A stretch of 64,000 bases of DNA from Acidiferrobacterales bacterium. Its GTDB lineage: Bacteria > Pseudomonadota > Gammaproteobacteria > Acidiferrobacterales > JAJDNE01. The notes beneath the pieces are model-generated. The model did no database searches. It was not told where the DNA came from and saw nothing but the letters and a program-made list of their open reading frames with translations. Every line of letters begins with the position of its first letter. Position 1 is the stretch's first letter. Below are positions 52,011-62,503 of the stretch, one piece after another. The position numbers and the translations under genes are program-made. The stretch is from NCBI GenBank assembly GCA_048060695.1, contig JBGMQT010000002.1:5263-69262 (forward strand). Reading direction: 5' to 3'.

Positions 52011-53172
52011 TGTGGCGCCACCTCTTCGGTTGCAGCTCTCGTGATATCGCCAACAGCAACCCGATGGCAAAGAGGCTCGCGACCATACTGCTACCGCCAT
52101 AACTAACAAAGGGCAGCGTCAGTCCCTTGGTTGGCAATACACCGAGATTGACACCCATATTAATCATCGCCTGATAGCCAATCAGCAGTCCTATGCCTTG
52201 CGCCAATCGGGCGTGATAAATTCGATCTTTTTGTTCGGCGATGCGGGACAACACCATGGCCCTGCCAACAATAATGGCAAACAGCCCCAGGATAGTGAAC
52301 ACGCCCAATAACCCAAGCTCTTCCGCAATAACGGCAAAAATAAAATCGGTATGGGCTGCGGGCAGATAAAACAGCTTTTGCACACTCGCACCCAGTCCGA
52401 CGCCCAGCCATTCGCCACGACCAAACGCGATCAATGCCTGCACTAACTGGAATCCGGAGTCAAAGGGGTCCGCCCAGGGATTGAGAAAACCGGTGACACG
52501 CTCCATACGATATGGTGAGATAACCGTCAGGACGGCAATGGCCCCCACCCCCGCTCCAATACATGCGATAAAGTGCCAGAAACGGACACCGCCGAGAAAT
52601 AACATGGTGAGTACCGTTGCCGTCAGCACGACCAGGGTGCCCAGGTCGGGTTCCTGCAACAACAGTATCCCGAGTAACGCCAGCACGATACCGATCATGA
52701 GAATGCCATGAGTAAAATTGCGCAACTCTTCCTGCTTGCGCACCAGATATCCGGCGACGTATATAATCATGAATACCTTGACCAGTTCCGACGGTTGGAA
52801 GTTGAAGCCGCCCAGATGAATCCACCGCGTACTTCCGTTGATATTTGCTCCCACACCGGGGATCAACACCACAATTAGCAGCGCGATGGCAAATAGAAGC
52901 AATATCGGACCAAGGTTTTCCCACATGCGAATCGGGCTTCGCGCAACAATCCACATCACGCCCGCTCCCAGTACTATGTGCGCCAGCTGTCGTATTAAAA
53001 AGTACATGCTGTTGCCAGTTCCCTTTTCGGCAAGCGAGACCGACGCGGAATACATCATCATCAGGCCAATCACCAGCAAAACCATTATCGCGCCAAGTAA
53101 CCAGGGATCCAGTCGCGATATTCCGCGTTCTGCGTGACGACGGGTTTCATTGTGAATAACGATGGTACTCAT
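52003..53172 (-). CDS. ftsW: Peptidoglycan glycosyltransferase FtsW (SEDS family)
   Basis: 389 aa with about 10 TM segments, SEDS motifs, and the expected dcw position. Confidence 0.95.
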   Translation of the reverse strand: MSTIVIHNETRRHAERGISRLDPWLLGAIMVLLVIGLMMMYSASVSLAEKGTGNSMYFLIRQLAHIVLGAGVMWIVARSPIRMWENLGPILLLFAIALLIVVLIPGVGANINGSTRWIHLGGFNFQPSELVKVFMIIYVAGYLVRKQEELRNFTHGILMIGIVLALLGILLLQEPDLGTLVVLTATVLTMLFLGGVRFWHFIACIGAGVGAIAVLTVISPYRMERVTGFLNPWADPFDSGFQLVQALIAFGRGEWLGVGLGASVQKLFYLPAAHTDFIFAVIAEELGLLGVFTILGLFAIIVGRAMVLSRIAEQKDRIYHARLAQGIGLLIGYQAMINMGVNLGVLPTKGLTLPFVSYGGSSMVASLFAIGLLLAISRELQPKRWRHSG

Positions 53173-54527
53173 CGCGCTGCCAACTCTCTTATCTTTTCAG
53201 CAAAAACATCGCCTCGGTGACTGAAGTTTTTGAACATATCGAAACTGGCACACGCCGGCGACAATAGAACAATATCGCCAGACGTCGACAACGCGCTTGC
53301 CTGTTTAACAGCGTCGGCCATGTCGCCGGCATGATGTACCGGCACCACATCCTCAAGAGCCGCCTCGATTAGATTCGCATCGCGGCCAATAAGAACGACA
53401 TGCCTTGCGTGATCTTTTACAGCTTGTTTCAATGGCGAAAAATCGGCGTTCTTGCCGTCACCACCGGCGATCCAGATAACCGCCCTGTCCATCCCGTTTA
53501 ACGCTGCGTTTGCCGAGCCGACATTTGTCGCCTTCGAATCATCTATCCATGTCACACCCTGGCTCTCTGCCACCAGCTGACAGCGATGAGGTAATCCACG
53601 AAACTCTCGTATGGCCTGGTTAGCAGCTGCGCTCGAAACACCCATAGCACTGGAAAGGGCATAAGCTGCCAGCACATTTGACACATTGTGGCGACCCGGT
53701 AACCTGATTTCGCTAACCGCTAACAGGGTTTGCGTGCCTCTTGCCAACCAGCTCTGTCCGTCCTGTTCTCGCACACCAAAATCGTTTTCGTGTTCCGGTT
53801 CGGAGATTCCGAATTTAATCTGCTTGCGCCCCTCTATTGCCATGTTTACGACACGATCATCGTCAATGTTCAGCACCATGATGCCGTCGCCTTTGTATAT
53901 GCCGGCTTTGATATCAGCGTATTCACCGATGCTGCGATAGCGATCCATATGGTCTTCGCTAATGTTGAGCACGGTTGAAGCAATCGCATTTAGTGAGGTA
54001 GTGGTTTCGAGCTGGAAACTGGATAGCTCAAGAACATAAACATCCGGTTCATGCTGTTGTAGTAATTCCATGGCCGGAACACCAATATTGCCGCCCAGTC
54101 TTGTATCGAGCCCGGCAGCACTCAGCATTTCAGCCACCAGGGCACTGACGGTGCTTTTTCCATTGGCGCCTGATATCGCAACAATGGGCGACTTCGCTGC
54201 ACGTGCAAATAACTCTATATCGCCGATCGTTTCCACGTGCTCACTCCTGGCCCGGGCAACCGCCGGGTCGGCAAGTGGCACACCAGGGCTGACTACCAGC
54301 AGGTCAGCTTCACTAAAGCGCTCGGCGCTGAACTGCCCGGTAATCACCGGAATATTGGGAAAGGCACTCTGCAAAACTGATAATCGCGGAGGTAGATCAC
54401 GGCTATCATGAATCTCAACCTCATATCCGAGCGACAACAGGTGCGGCACCACGGACAGGCCGGTATTACCCAGCCCAACGACCACAGCAAGTTGTTTTTT
54501 TGTTTGCATCATCGCCTTCGCATTCAT
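53169..54527 (-). CDS. murD: UDP-N-acetylmuramoylalanine--D-glutamate ligase
   Basis: It carries VVGLGNTGLS and GANGKST. I set the start to the ATG at 54527, 2 nt after the mraY stop. The track adds 30 residues. Confidence 0.94.
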   Translation of the reverse strand: MNAKAMMQTKKQLAVVVGLGNTGLSVVPHLLSLGYEVEIHDSRDLPPRLSVLQSAFPNIPVITGQFSAERFSEADLLVVSPGVPLADPAVARARSEHVETIGDIELFARAAKSPIVAISGANGKSTVSALVAEMLSAAGLDTRLGGNIGVPAMELLQQHEPDVYVLELSSFQLETTTSLNAIASTVLNISEDHMDRYRSIGEYADIKAGIYKGDGIMVLNIDDDRVVNMAIEGRKQIKFGISEPEHENDFGVREQDGQSWLARGTQTLLAVSEIRLPGRHNVSNVLAAYALSSAMGVSSAAANQAIREFRGLPHRCQLVAESQGVTWIDDSKATNVGSANAALNGMDRAVIWIAGGDGKNADFSPLKQAVKDHARHVVLIGRDANLIEAALEDVVPVHHAGDMADAVKQASALSTSGDIVLLSPACASFDMFKNFSHRGDVFAEKIRELAAR

Positions 54528-54529
54528 TG

Positions 54530-55612
54530 TTAACGCACCTTCAGGGTGCCCAGTCCGATTAACACCAGGATCACGGTGATGATCCAGAAACGCACAATGA
54601 CGCGTGGTTCCGGCCATCCTTTAAGTTCATAGTGGTGGTGCAATGGCGCCATGCGGAACACTCGCTTACCTGTGAGTTTGAACGACACCACCTGTACAAT
54701 TACCGACAGGGTTTCCATAACGAACAGGCCACCCATAATGAACAGCACAATCTCCTGACGCACTACTACCGCAATGACACCGAGGGCAGCACCCAGTGCC
54801 AGCGCACCGATATCACCCATGAAGATCATTGCGGGATAGGTGTTGAACCACAGGAATCCCAAACCGGCGCCCACCAGCGCAGAACTGAAGATCAGGACTT
54901 CACCCACGCCGGCAACATATGGAATACCGAGATACTGCGCAAAATTGACGTTGCCGGTGAGGTAAGCAAAGACACCTAACGCGCCGCCAACCATCACTGT
55001 CGGCATAATGGCGAGACCATCAAGGCCATCGGTAAAATTAACCGCGTTACTGGAGCCAACGATTACCAAATAGGCCAGAACAATAAACATCGGACCCATA
55101 TTGATTGCGATGTCTTTAAATACCGGCACAATCAATTGCGTCTCCGCCGGGGTACGCGCCGTATAGTAAAGAAAGATAGCTGCCGTCAGGCCTGCGACTG
55201 ACTGCCAGAAATACTTGTTCTTCGCCCCGATACCACGCGGATTCTTGTTTATAATCTTCTTATAATCATCCACCCAGCCAATGGCGCCAAAGGCAAACGT
55301 AGTCAATAACACAACCCATATAAAACGATTTGTCAGGTCACTCCACAGCAAGGTTGCAACCCCGATCGCCACCAACAGCAAGGCGCCGCCCATAGTAGGC
55401 GTTCCTGCTTTATCCAGGTGAGACTCGGGGCCATCCTGGCGAATGGTCTGTCTAATCTGGCGATAACCCAGACGCCGGATCATGCCCGGGCCAATCCAGA
55501 ATGAAATTAGCAACGCCGTAAGTACGCCCATGATCGCCCTGAACGTGAGATAACGAAATACGTTCAGAAAACTGTATTGCTGCGCCAGCGAATCGAATAA
55601 ATGATAAAGCAC
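54530..55612 (-). CDS. mraY: Phospho-N-acetylmuramoyl-pentapeptide transferase
   Basis: 360 aa with 10 TM segments and the [13 protein letters not shown] motif. The start is GTG. Confidence 0.97.
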   Translation of the reverse strand: MLYHLFDSLAQQYSFLNVFRYLTFRAIMGVLTALLISFWIGPGMIRRLGYRQIRQTIRQDGPESHLDKAGTPTMGGALLLVAIGVATLLWSDLTNRFIWVVLLTTFAFGAIGWVDDYKKIINKNPRGIGAKNKYFWQSVAGLTAAIFLYYTARTPAETQLIVPVFKDIAINMGPMFIVLAYLVIVGSSNAVNFTDGLDGLAIMPTVMVGGALGVFAYLTGNVNFAQYLGIPYVAGVGEVLIFSSALVGAGLGFLWFNTYPAMIFMGDIGALALGAALGVIAVVVRQEIVLFIMGGLFVMETLSVIVQVVSFKLTGKRVFRMAPLHHHYELKGWPEPRVIVRFWIITVILVLIGLGTLKVR

Positions 55613-55637
55613 CTTATAATCGCCTCATTAACCTGAA

Positions 55638-56981
55638 TTAATTTTTATCGCTCCTGGCGATCCCCGTTACCACTTTCTCCATCTGCATACTGCGTGATCC
55701 CTTGACCAGCACGGTCATGTCACTGTGCAACACATCCAGCAAGGCATCGATGACTTCCTCATGATTTTCAAGGTGTCGGCCACCCTTGCCAAATGCGGCT
55801 GCGGCATGCCGACCCAACTTGCCGACCGCAAACAGACGGTGTACGCCAACGCGTCGTGCCAGCTCGCCTACCCGGCGATGGATAGCTTCTGACGCGTCTC
55901 CCAGTTCTGCCATGTCCCCCAATACCAATACCTTTTCTCCATTGGCTTCGCGAAGAACTTCAAGGCCGGCGCCGACGGAATCCGGATTGGCGTTATAGGT
56001 GTCATCCAGAATCCGGGCACCATTAATACCGGTTTTAATTTCCAGTCTCCCGGCAATGGCAGTAAGCTTCTCAAGACCCCTGCGGATGTCGCCGAGACCG
56101 CTACCACCAGCCAGTGCGGTGGTGGCGGCCGTCACGGCATTCATGACATTGTGTTTTCCTAACAACGGTAAACTCATTTCAATATCCCCTTCTTTGGTTT
56201 TTATGCAGACGAGACTTCCGCATTCGGCTATTTGATATTCCGCGGTTACGTCGGCAGAATTCTCTAGTGCAAATGTCATTACCTGACGTGTACCTGCCAG
56301 ATCACGCCATAACCGGTGGTACGGATCATCGGCATTGATCACGGCAACCCCGTCATCACTCAGGCCGCCGAAAATCTCTCCTTTGCAACGGGCGACCTGT
56401 TCGACAGTGCCCAGACCTTCAAGATGGGCGTGCGCTGCATTGGTAATGACGGCGACAGTCGGCCTGGCTAGCCCACTTAGATACGCGATCTCGCCAGGGT
56501 GATTCATTCCCATTTCAACCACGGCAAATTTGTGTTGCTGGCGCAACTTGAGCAGAGTCAACGGCACACCGATGTCATTATTAAGATTGCCTGCGGTCGC
56601 CCAGCCTTTGGCTGACTGCGACAGGATGCTGGCGATCATGTTTTTGACCGTTGTCTTGCCATTGCTTCCGGTCACCGCGATCACTGGAAAATCAAACTGT
56701 TGGCGCCAGAAACTTGCCATCGATCCCAGCGCAACTCGTGTGTCTTCAACTTGTATGATGGGAAGCGCTGTATCGATGTCGCGCGATACTACGGCGCCAA
56801 CCGCGCCAGCACCGAGTGCTTCCGCCAGAAATAAATTGCCGTCAAAATTGGGCCCGCGTAACGCGAAGAATAAATCCCCTTTTTCCAGCGAGCGGGTATC
56901 GGTACCCACGCCGTGGAACACCCTGTCGCGACCGCTGAATTGCGACTGCAGGACATCGGCTGCCAGTGACAAGGACATCAC
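55638..56981 (-). CDS. murF: UDP-N-acetylmuramoyl-tripeptide--D-alanyl-D-alanine ligase
   Basis: 447 aa with the GSNGKTT motif. The start is either the GTG at 56981 or the adjacent ATG at 56978; both overlap the murE stop. Confidence 0.95.
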   Translation of the reverse strand: MMSLSLAADVLQSQFSGRDRVFHGVGTDTRSLEKGDLFFALRGPNFDGNLFLAEALGAGAVGAVVSRDIDTALPIIQVEDTRVALGSMASFWRQQFDFPVIAVTGSNGKTTVKNMIASILSQSAKGWATAGNLNNDIGVPLTLLKLRQQHKFAVVEMGMNHPGEIAYLSGLARPTVAVITNAAHAHLEGLGTVEQVARCKGEIFGGLSDDGVAVINADDPYHRLWRDLAGTRQVMTFALENSADVTAEYQIAECGSLVCIKTKEGDIEMSLPLLGKHNVMNAVTAATTALAGGSGLGDIRRGLEKLTAIAGRLEIKTGINGARILDDTYNANPDSVGAGLEVLREANGEKVLVLGDMAELGDASEAIHRRVGELARRVGVHRLFAVGKLGRHAAAAFGKGGRHLENHEEVIDALLDVLHSDMTVLVKGSRSMQMEKVVTGIARSDKN

Positions 56982-58447
56982 GCGGCCTCTCCCAGAATCT
57001 CGGCCACCACTTCACGGTCACTGAAATGAAACCGTTCGTCGCCAATCTGCTGATAGTCTTCGTGTCCCTTGCCGGCAAGCAATACGATATCTCCCGCAAC
57101 CGCGCAGTTGACTACTTCGCCTATGGCCTGTGTCCGGCGATGGATTACTTTTACCTCAGCGACCATGCCCGAGCGGATATCGTTGACTATCTGTACCGGA
57201 TCTTCGCGACGCGGGTTATCGTCCGTTAACACTACCTGGTCTGCCAGTTGTTCAGCGATCTTGCCCATCTGCGGTCGTTTGCCGCGATCACGCTCACCGC
57301 CGCATCCGAATACACACCACAGAATCTGTGTTGTATGTTCACGCAAGGCCTGCAATGCTTTCCTTAGCGCATCCGGTGTGTGTGCATAATCCACGACTAC
57401 CAACGGCATGTGGTCGCGCCCGCCAAAACGTTCCATACGGCCGCTAACCGGTTGAACTTGTCCTAGACGTTCTGATGCCTGGTCAAGCGACAGACCGTGA
57501 GTCACCACGACCGCCAGCACGGCAAGCAGGTTTTCTGCATTGAAGCGCCCGAACAATCGTGTATCGAAATGGGACTTACCTGCAGGTGTCACCGCATCGA
57601 TTTGCAAACCGCCGATACTGGCAACGATGGCGGTGGCATGAAAATCGCCCTGCTCCAGACCAAAACTGACTGCGCGAATACTGTCATCAAGTGTCGATAG
57701 TAATACCTGGCCGAATGCGTCTTCCCGATTGATCACCGCCATCCTGATGCCGGGCAAGGTGAAAAGACGGGCCTTGGCCGCGGCATAACTCTCCATATCA
57801 CCGTGATAATCGAGGTGATCGCGCGAAAGATTGGTCAGCACGGCGATATCAAAAGCGATGCCGTTGACCCGTCCTTGCTCCAGGGCGTGGGAAGAAACCT
57901 CCACGCAAACATAACCGGCACCGTCGCTGAGAAATTTCGCCATCAAGGCATGCATGGAAATAACATCTGGCGTGGTATGGATTGTTGCGTCGAGATCGCC
58001 AATAAAACCGTTTCCGAGTGTGCCGATAACTGCACAGCGATTCTGCGGTTCATCCAGCACCTGCGCCAGCAGTTGCGTACAGGTGGTTTTACCGTTGGTG
58101 CCAGTAACACCAATAACCGTCAACTTGCTGGACGGAAAATCATAAAAACGATTCGCGATTTCACCCACAACAGCGACCAGGTTGTTGATTGGATACATCG
58201 GTACGCCGACGTCGGGCGGCACAAACCCATCCGCGGTATCATCGTAGAGTACGGCGGCTGCGCCTTGTGTTACGGCATGGGAAATAAACCGCCTGCCATC
58301 GTTACTCACGCCCGGCATAGCCAGAAATAAACTACCGCTGTTTATATGACGACTGTCGAGGGTGAGACTGCTGATTTCGCAGTCGCCGTTCATACCAATT
58401 TCGGTAATTCCCTCCAGCAATTCCGACAATTGAAGATCGCGCGCCAC
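56978..58447 (-). CDS. murE: UDP-N-acetylmuramoyl-L-alanyl-D-glutamate--2,6-diaminopimelate ligase
   Basis: 489 aa with GTNGKTT and the DNPR motif (LTDDNPR). The GTG start shares 1 nt with the ftsI stop. Confidence 0.95.
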   Translation of the reverse strand: MARDLQLSELLEGITEIGMNGDCEISSLTLDSRHINSGSLFLAMPGVSNDGRRFISHAVTQGAAAVLYDDTADGFVPPDVGVPMYPINNLVAVVGEIANRFYDFPSSKLTVIGVTGTNGKTTCTQLLAQVLDEPQNRCAVIGTLGNGFIGDLDATIHTTPDVISMHALMAKFLSDGAGYVCVEVSSHALEQGRVNGIAFDIAVLTNLSRDHLDYHGDMESYAAAKARLFTLPGIRMAVINREDAFGQVLLSTLDDSIRAVSFGLEQGDFHATAIVASIGGLQIDAVTPAGKSHFDTRLFGRFNAENLLAVLAVVVTHGLSLDQASERLGQVQPVSGRMERFGGRDHMPLVVVDYAHTPDALRKALQALREHTTQILWCVFGCGGERDRGKRPQMGKIAEQLADQVVLTDDNPRREDPVQIVNDIRSGMVAEVKVIHRRTQAIGEVVNCAVAGDIVLLAGKGHEDYQQIGDERFHFSDREVVAEILGEAA

Positions 58448-60159
58448 TAGATCGCCTCCCTTGTTGCGGATTGCGCCGGTTGACGTATTGATTGTTCGGG
58501 CTGGTCTGGCGGGATGTCCAGCAGTCGCAAAGCACCCGACATCACGCGACGGAACACCGGTGCAGCAACCTGTCCACCAAAATACCCGCCGCGTTTCGGA
58601 TCATCGATAGTGACCACCATCACCAGTCGCGGTTTACTGGCGGGCACCATGCCGACAAATAGTCCCAGATAGCGGTTCTCGGCATAACGGCCATCGATCA
58701 ACTTGTGGACGGTACCGGTCTTGCCAGCAACACGATAAAAGGGAATGTCGGCCGCCTGCCCGGTACCCTTTGCCCCCACGGCACGTTCCAGCATGTAGCG
58801 TATCTGCAGGACAACATCGGGTGACAGTACGCGGTCCACGACTTTCGGTTTATCGGTGCGGATTAGAGTCGGCGTAACCATCACGCCATCATTAGCGATA
58901 GCGGCGTAGGCTCTCGCCAACTGCAGGCTGGTGACAGAGATACCGTAACCAAAACTGACTGTTGCCTGATCCACCCGCGCCCAACGACTCGGTGGATTTA
59001 ACAAGCCACTTGATTCGCCGGGCAATCCGCTTTGTGTTTTTTTGCCAAATCCCATGCGAGTCAGCATGTTCCAGATCGGCTGCTTTCCAATCTGCAATGC
59101 CACCTTGGCGGCACCGACGTTGCTGGACTTCTCAATCACACGCGCCAAACTTAACCATCCGTAGTCTCGCTTGTCATGAATTAGCTTCGTGCCAACGCGC
59201 ACGCTGCCGGGTGACGTATTCACCAGTGATCGCGTGGTGTAGTTACCGGTTTCCAGAGCCGCGGCGATAGTAAACGGTTTAAGGGTCGAACCGGGTTCAA
59301 ACAAATCAGTGACCGCCCGATTGCGAAAACGTTTGCTTTTCAAATTTGATCGATTGTTGGGATTAAAGCTTGGCTGGTTCACCATCGCCAGTACTTCGCC
59401 CGAACGCACATCCATAACTACGGCGGTACCGCCCTGGGCGTCGTGTCGATTGACCGCCTTTTTCAATTCGCGAAAGGCGAGATACTGAATGCGCCGATCA
59501 ATACTCAGCACCAGATCCTTTCCTCGTTCAGACAAGGAAATACTCTCGACTGTTTCAACAACGTTTCCGAGACGGTCTTTCACTACCCGTTTGCTGCCCG
59601 GTGTACCCGTTAACCAGTCGTTGTAAGTCAACTCGATGCCTTCTTGCCCCTGATCGTCGACATTGGTGAATCCCAGCACATGGCCCGCCGCCTCACCCGC
59701 AGGATAATAACGACGGTATTCACGTTGCAGTGCGACTCCCGGGATACCCAGCTCCATCACACTTTGCGCCAGGTCAGGCGAAACCTGCCGCTTGAGATAC
59801 ACAAACTCGCGATGTTTATTTGTTTCGATCAGGCGGGCCAATTGCAATGGTTTCAGGCCAATCTTGCGACTTAGCAGTGGCCACTTGTCTCTTGCCGCAA
59901 GCAGATCGTGTGGTTGTGCCCAGATTGATTTTACCGGGGTACTGACGGCCAACGGTTCGCCGTTGCGATCCAGTATCATGCCGCGGTGAGGGGCATCCTT
60001 TACCACGCGTAAATAGCGCGCGCTGCCCTGGCGTTTGAGATAGTCGGCTTGCCACACCTGTAAGTACACCGCACGCATCAGCAGCGCCATGGTTGTCAGT
60101 GACAACAACGCTACCACCAGGCCAAAGCGAAACCGGGGCAATTTTTTATTGCGACCCAA
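58447..60159 (-). CDS. ftsI: Peptidoglycan D,D-transpeptidase FtsI (PBP3)
   Basis: 570 aa with an N-terminal TM segment and the SxxK (STLKP), SSN and KTGT motifs. The start is TTG. Confidence 0.95.
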   Translation of the reverse strand: MGRNKKLPRFRFGLVVALLSLTTMALLMRAVYLQVWQADYLKRQGSARYLRVVKDAPHRGMILDRNGEPLAVSTPVKSIWAQPHDLLAARDKWPLLSRKIGLKPLQLARLIETNKHREFVYLKRQVSPDLAQSVMELGIPGVALQREYRRYYPAGEAAGHVLGFTNVDDQGQEGIELTYNDWLTGTPGSKRVVKDRLGNVVETVESISLSERGKDLVLSIDRRIQYLAFRELKKAVNRHDAQGGTAVVMDVRSGEVLAMVNQPSFNPNNRSNLKSKRFRNRAVTDLFEPGSTLKPFTIAAALETGNYTTRSLVNTSPGSVRVGTKLIHDKRDYGWLSLARVIEKSSNVGAAKVALQIGKQPIWNMLTRMGFGKKTQSGLPGESSGLLNPPSRWARVDQATVSFGYGISVTSLQLARAYAAIANDGVMVTPTLIRTDKPKVVDRVLSPDVVLQIRYMLERAVGAKGTGQAADIPFYRVAGKTGTVHKLIDGRYAENRYLGLFVGMVPASKPRLVMVVTIDDPKRGGYFGGQVAAPVFRRVMSGALRLLDIPPDQPEQSIRQPAQSATREAI

Positions 60160-60436
60160 TGCTACCCCCTGTTCTCTGCAGATACACCATTACCAACCGG
60201 GAATTCTCTGGCAGTCCCATACCAAGCTCACTGACAGCAGTGGATGCGATACGTCGATGTTGCGACCAGGCGCCCTCTTCCAGCAGCAGCTTGCCCCACT
60301 CCACCTCAAAGTTTTCGCGCACCTGCATCAGCGACTGCAACTGCACAAACGCGGTGCGGTTCCGGTGGCGCAACTCCACCACCGCAATAGCCGATATCAG
60401 AACAAGCAAGGCTATAAGTGCCAGTTTCCTATTCAT
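60146..60436 (-). CDS. ftsL: Cell division protein FtsL
   Basis: 96 aa beginning [27 protein letters not shown], with a coiled coil. I set the start to the ATG 2 nt after the rsmH stop. The track start overlaps rsmH. Confidence 0.88.
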   Translation of the reverse strand: MNRKLALIALLVLISAIAVVELRHRNRTAFVQLQSLMQVRENFEVEWGKLLLEEGAWSQHRRIASTAVSELGMGLPENSRLVMVYLQRTGGSIGSQ

Positions 60437-61373
60437 GGGGACCCTCCAGACGCTCGGCGATGCGCAGAACCGCACTACGGGCACGCGGATTACACCTGAT
60501 TTCATCCTCATCTGGCTTGACCACTTTACCCACGATGCGCAGGCTTGGTCTGAGGGCAGCGGCAGTGATCGGCAAGTCGGGCGGAAAGTCGTCTCCTTTT
60601 GACGCCTTCTGCATAAAGCGTTTTACAATACGGTCTTCGAGGGAATGAAAACTGATAACGGCCAGGCGTCCACCGGGACGCAACACCTCAACGGCTTGTG
60701 GTAACACATGCGTAATTTCGTCCAGTTCAGAATTGATATAAATCCGAATCGCCTGGAAGGTGCGAGTGGCGGGATCCTTGCCTTTCTCGCGGGTGCGTAC
60801 AGCCCGTGCACAGATGGAAGCAAGTTGCCCTGTCGTTTCCAGTGGCTTCGTCTCGCGCTGCTCGACAATCAATCGCGCGATACGTCTGGCGAAGCGCTCC
60901 TCACCATATTCCTTAATAACACGGGCGATGTCGGCTTCATCGGCATGGTTCAACCAGTCGGCGGCCGATTCCCCGCTATCGGGATCCATGCGCATGTCCA
61001 GGGGTCCGGTCTGACGAAAACTGAAACCACGGTTGGCGTCATCCAGCTGGGGAGAAGAGACACCGAGGTCTAACAGCACGCCGTCAACCCTTTCTATCTG
61101 TCCCAGTTCCTGAATGGTCTGGCCTAACATTGAGAATGGCCCTCTTCTAATTTCCAGTCGTTTTTCACTTACGAATTTCTGTTTCGCCTCTTCTACCGCC
61201 TGCGGATCGCGATCGATCGCCAGCAAGCGGCCCTCCGGTCCTAACCGGTTGAGGATCTCCCGTGAATGTCCGCCTCTGCCGAAGGTGGCGTCCACATACA
61301 AACCTGTCGGTTTAATCTCTAGCGCTGCCATCGCCGCGTCCAGTAACACCGGCTGATGCGGTTGCGCTGCCAT
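60429..61373 (-). CDS. rsmH: 16S rRNA (cytosine1402-N4)-methyltransferase
   Basis: 314 aa with HQPVLL...[12 protein letters not shown] and [11 protein letters not shown]. Confidence 0.96.
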   Translation of the reverse strand: MAAQPHQPVLLDAAMAALEIKPTGLYVDATFGRGGHSREILNRLGPEGRLLAIDRDPQAVEEAKQKFVSEKRLEIRRGPFSMLGQTIQELGQIERVDGVLLDLGVSSPQLDDANRGFSFRQTGPLDMRMDPDSGESAADWLNHADEADIARVIKEYGEERFARRIARLIVEQRETKPLETTGQLASICARAVRTREKGKDPATRTFQAIRIYINSELDEITHVLPQAVEVLRPGGRLAVISFHSLEDRIVKRFMQKASKGDDFPPDLPITAAALRPSLRIVGKVVKPDEDEIRCNPRARSAVLRIAERLEGPHE

Positions 61374-61381
61374 CGCGTTAG

Positions 61382-61837
61382 CTAAAGTGACAGGGAACCG
61401 AGTTCGTCCGGCATCGGTCCGCCGTCTTCACCCTCTGCCTCCAGCCACTCGTTGCGACTGTCATTCCACTTTCCTTCCGCCCAGATCTCGAACTTGTTGC
61501 CCTGGCCGATCAGCACCACGGTTTTTTCCATCGTGGCAAACTCCCGCAACAACGGTGGCACCAGAATGCGGCCAGCACTGTCAAGCTCACACTCGGTCGC
61601 ATGCCCGATTAGTAATCGTTGCAGCGAGCGCGCTTGTTTGTTGAAGCTGGGCAAGCGCACCAACTTGCGTTCTATGTCTTCCCATTCGGGTAAGGGATAG
61701 AGCAACAGGCAACTATCGCGATCTACGGTCACCACCATCTGGCCATCACACTGGCGCACCAGGGCCTCCCGGTATTTTGTCGGGACCGCCATTCGGCCCT
61801 TTGCATCCAGATTTATTGTGCTGACTCCGCGGTACAA
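61382..61837 (-). CDS. mraZ: Transcriptional regulator MraZ
   Basis: 151 aa from the TTG at 61837 (GGGAGGA SD 5-6 nt upstream), giving (M)[19 protein letters not shown] second DSAGRILVP repeat is present. The track start adds 13 non-homologous residues. Confidence 0.92.
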   Translation of the reverse strand: MYRGVSTINLDAKGRMAVPTKYREALVRQCDGQMVVTVDRDSCLLLYPLPEWEDIERKLVRLPSFNKQARSLQRLLIGHATECELDSAGRILVPPLLREFATMEKTVVLIGQGNKFEIWAEGKWNDSRNEWLEAEGEDGGPMPDELGSLSL

Positions 61838-61861
61838 AAAATTCCTCCCTTGCAGTGGTAT

Positions 61862-61924
61862 CCCACTATTACCCACATTTTCCCACTATTTGACACTATA
61901 TGTAGGATATTACATAGGTGTCAA
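61862..61924 (-). promoter_or_regulatory. Pmra-like sigma70 promoter followed by three MraZ-box direct repeats
   Basis: Minus strand reads TTGACA (61924-61919), an 18-nt spacer, then TATAGT (61900-61895). GTGGG follows at 61886-61882, 61876-61872 and 61866-61862 with exact 10-bp spacing. Confidence 0.75.
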
Positions 61925-62080
61925 GCAAATTTCCCACGTTGTAAGGGGAATTTTCCTTTTGTGGACAAGCGGTTAGAGGTCACAGACCAAGGGTTGGGCG
62001 GTCGGACAAGGTGTCAGAAAATCAAGAATCTAGACGAAGTTAATATTATAATATACTGATATATAAAGGAATTATAATAG

Positions 62081-62431
62081 GAAGGAGTCGGCCGATAAGC
62101 CGGGTTCTGTCGTGGACAACCATTCATCTGGGTCATGTGTCGCCACAGACCTCAAGCGGCCTACCCGGGAACGGCGCGGACCACGCCATGGTTCCCCTAT
62201 TTGGCCTTGCTCCGGGTGGGGTTTACCTAGCCGTCGAATGTTGCCACCGACGCGGTGTGCTCTTACCACACCATTTCACCCTTACCAGCAGTCCAAAAAC
62301 TGCTTCGGCGGTTTATTTTCTGCTGCACTTTCCGTGGGCTCACGCCCCCCAGGCGTTACCTGGCACCCTGTCCTATGGAGCCCGGACTTTCCTCCACACC
62401 CTGCGGTGCCGCGGTTGCCTGGCCGACTCCC
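62081..62431 (-). ncRNA. rnpB: RNase P RNA, bacterial type A
   Basis: The minus strand contains GGAGGAAAGTCCGGGCTCCATAGG, GGTAAGGGTGAAA, GGTAAGAGC, CCCGGAGCAAGGCCAAATAGGGG and TGTCCACGACAGAACCCGGCTTATCGG, near-identical to E. coli M1 RNA blocks. P1 pairs GGAGTCGGCC with GGCCGACTCC. The ends are good to about +/-5 nt. Confidence 0.97.
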
Positions 62432-62503
62432 GCTGCCAGTATATAGGTAAGTTGTAAATCCCAATAGCGATGCAAGCGCTCACTTACCGAAATAGGGCAA
62501 TAT

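Noticed and set aside
62112-62464. Several 60-112-aa ORFs on both strands between mraZ and rsmI.
   Set aside because: The region is fully explained by the RNase P RNA gene (rnpB, minus strand), whose conserved blocks match E. coli M1 RNA.
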